The notes under the pieces: model-generated
Databases searched by the model: none
What the model saw: only the letters and a program-made list of their open reading frames with translations
Told to the model about the DNA's origin: nothing
Program-made: the position numbers and the translations under genes
Origin: Haliotis cracherodii
Lineage: Eukaryota
Assembly (NCBI RefSeq): GCF_022045235.1
Contig: NW_027266343.1
Coordinates: forward strand, 50,530,001-50,594,000
Direction of reading: 5' to 3'
DNA length: 64,000 bases
In this document: positions 61,417-64,000 of the stretch, piece by piece
Layout of the letters: every line of letters begins with the position of its first letter
Position numbering within the stretch: the first letter of the stretch is position 1

Positions 61417-61687
61417 TGAGTGAGTGAGTGAGTTTGGTTAAACGCCGCTTTTAACAGTACTCCAGTAACGGCACGTCAGTTTAATGTGGGAGGAAAGCCC
61501 CAAGTGATGCAGGTCTCAGACGTTTACCAGTTTGGTGAAACCCACGAGCACGGGTATGATGCTGACAAAACATAATTGGGGCGAACCGGGATTCGAACCG
61601 ACAATCACAGGTTTCTGGTGTGCCCAAGGGACGCAACTCTGCATAACGAATCGAGGCGCCTCAGACGACAGGGTCACCCGTGCCCCC
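61417..61687 (-). mobile_element. SINE family B
   Basis: Near full-length copy, TSD aagagca(t/c)ctga. Confidence 0.85.
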
Positions 61688-62720
61688 AAGAGCACCTGAC
61701 AAGTACCACGATACAAATTAAGGGTTGGGCCGGGGACGGTCTCATCGGTCCGGCCTGCCTCGACAGACTTGCCTCAGTGTGTATGTGATGAGTTAGTGGC
61801 TGATGACGTTTCGGACAACGTCGAACAACATTAAAGATTCGGTCACCTAGATAATCCAGACGTTGACAATGTTCAGCTAGAAAATAAAAATGAAAATGAA
61901 AAACAATGTGAAATATCTTCGTGTGTGCGGAATGAAACGAATAAAGATCAATTCAAGAAATACCCCCAAATAAACTTAATAACATTTCGTGCAAATTCGT
62001 GATAGGTTTGAGAAAAGTTGATGGGTCCAAACGTGAACCGAATTCCATCATAGGATTTCGATCAAGCATTGTTATAGCTCTAAAACAAGCTGAAGGAATG
62101 TTGAAGGATTCACTCCAATTTGCAAAACTCCGCGAAACAAAGTCCCTGAAGTAATGAAGCGGAAGGAAAGTTACTTAATCGAGCTGATCCAATATCCCCC
62201 GGTGAAATCTAGAAACTAAGAAATGACACGTAAGTCCCTTCAGAACACTGGTGGAACAATGCTGTTATTTTGGTCTCCTATACATTCACATCAACAACTG
62301 ACACCCTTAAGTTCAAAATGTGCAAAGCACAATTCTGGATTTTAATTCCGATTAAATCCCTGCAACTTGATTATCCATCCGTGCATCATCCAGTCGTGGT
62401 ATGAATGGCAGGCGTAGTTTAATGTTCGAAAACTTAAACATTAAAGACACTGGTTGTCATGATTGATTATGTTTCTCACTTATACAGAAAACTGCGACCC
62501 AACGTGACAATAATACATGGGTCATGGGTAGTCCCGTTAAAGATAATGATGTGTGTAGGTGCACATGATATACAAGTCAAGGTTCGACCGACCCCATTGC
62601 TGGAGCAGCAAGAGGACCAGAAGTTTAATATTCTCTTAGGTCGAGCTTTTCTTGAACGCTCTCCTTTCCTTTGTATTACTTCATAGAGATACACAAGTCT
62701 ATATGGGCAGTTCTTATGAG

Positions 62721-62917
62721 AAACGAAATATAGATTGGTTAAATTAAGTATTAAAACATAGAGAATATTACACTCATTCTCGTTAGATACCATTTTTACG
62801 AAACTCGTGAACTTTCTATGGTATACCATAGAAAGTCCACTCGTTTGGTATCTGACGAAAATGAGTGTAATATTCTCTATGTTTTAATACTTAATTTAAC
62901 CAATCTATATTTCGTTT
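62721..62917. repeat. ~197-bp near-perfect palindrome, possibly a Crypton-like non-autonomous element
   Basis: 72-bp outer arms with 2 mismatches and an inner palindrome actttctatggta|taccatagaaagt. Confidence 0.85.
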
Positions 62918-64000
62918 TGTTGTTAGTACGCAGGACGCCTATAAGAAAATTTGAAACGTCACATTAGCGCCGCGCTTTGAATATCGGACCAACAGTCGGC
63001 CACTCCCACTGCCGGGGTCCATTCAAAATGGTTCGGATTCCTTGGTCTATCAGCTGAATTAATATCATGTCCGTACCATTTTGGAAGCGGGAATCAGAGT
63101 TTTCGCCAAAGACATTCATGTTACCTGTACCAGTGAAGTCGTGAAAATCAACAAACTCAAGTCTTGTCAGTGACAGCTTCGAACGAAGGGCAAGGTCACC
63201 ACCGGAATAGCCGTGATCTACTCACAGCGTTTTACGCTACGGCTACGGCATTGGAATCGAACACGGGTTTTCGGCGTGGAGAGCTAACGGTTTAACCACT
63301 AGGCTACCCGACCGCCCCTGTTGTTTAACTGACCAATACATGCCTGAAATTCATCTACCTTCATCTATCTACCTTGATCTCATTACCTTGATCTCATCTC
63401 TGAACAGGAATTATAATATTGTGTGCTGCATTGTTGTTTCAACATACATGACCAAGCACAACTCGATGTAAGCTGATATTGATAAAGACTGTTTTTTTCA
63501 TACATATTTTCCATCATATGTTCGAGATGTTTCCACATTTGAACACGTGGCACGGAGACTACAACTATTGTTGTTTATGTACCTTATTTATTTTTACAAA
63601 CTATTTGTGGTTGTGAGTATATGATGTAATATTATATATAGGAATCACCGTAGTATTGACCGTGATATCCATTGTATTGTGGAAGTCTTATCGCGAAAGG
63701 ATATGTTTCCAGTTTGAAGAATTGATTCATTTTTTGTACATAGTTCATCTAATAACTTTTAATAGTAATGTTGGGTTCCTGAAAGGTATTTAATGAGATG
63801 GTGTATATTCGGAGGTTGGATTCAATTGTGAAGTTTTGTAAATCTTTTGATTCCATGTTGACGTTTATACCCGCATATACTGACGGAAATAAATAAGGAA
63901 AAAAAGACCCTGTCAAATGATATGCTATCATGGGTTCCGTGCTTTGTCTACCAAACACGCGTTAGGCAAACAAACATACACATCTCAACATTTGATTCTA

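Noticed and set aside
61795-61835. CTGATGA followed by a hairpin, as a possible hammerhead
   Set aside because: Ends TCGAAC rather than GAAA in register, and stems I and III are absent

Overview
Repeat-rich animal genomic DNA, most likely a mollusc or other lophotrochozoan (inferred from the SINE types); not prokaryotic. One protein-coding gene is clear: arsenite methyltransferase (AS3MT/ArsM family) on the minus strand, with 9 coding exons between 12442 and 79. All its junctions are GT-AG, the phases are compatible, and it encodes 364 aa with Cys29/58/153/203 at the catalytic positions. A second small minus-strand gene is possible (39894 into an N-gap, last exon 32544-32448), as is a Gly/Asp/Ser/Asn octapeptide-repeat exon (31035-30542). 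The rest consists of four SINE families, three TIR-bounded Tc1 elements, hAT/pogo/Harbinger/Crypton-like MITEs, LINE and Penelope-like relics, a degraded integrase-bearing DNA-virus/Polinton-like fragment, and about a dozen minisatellites. Main observation: several minisatellites are tandem amplifications of real exon-intron junctions. Four AS3MT introns begin with arrays of their own splice donor plus exon tail, and other arrays abut acceptors, giving dozens of decoy or alternative splice sites, some poisoning (stop) and some in frame. All translations and alignments were done by eye; no database search was run.
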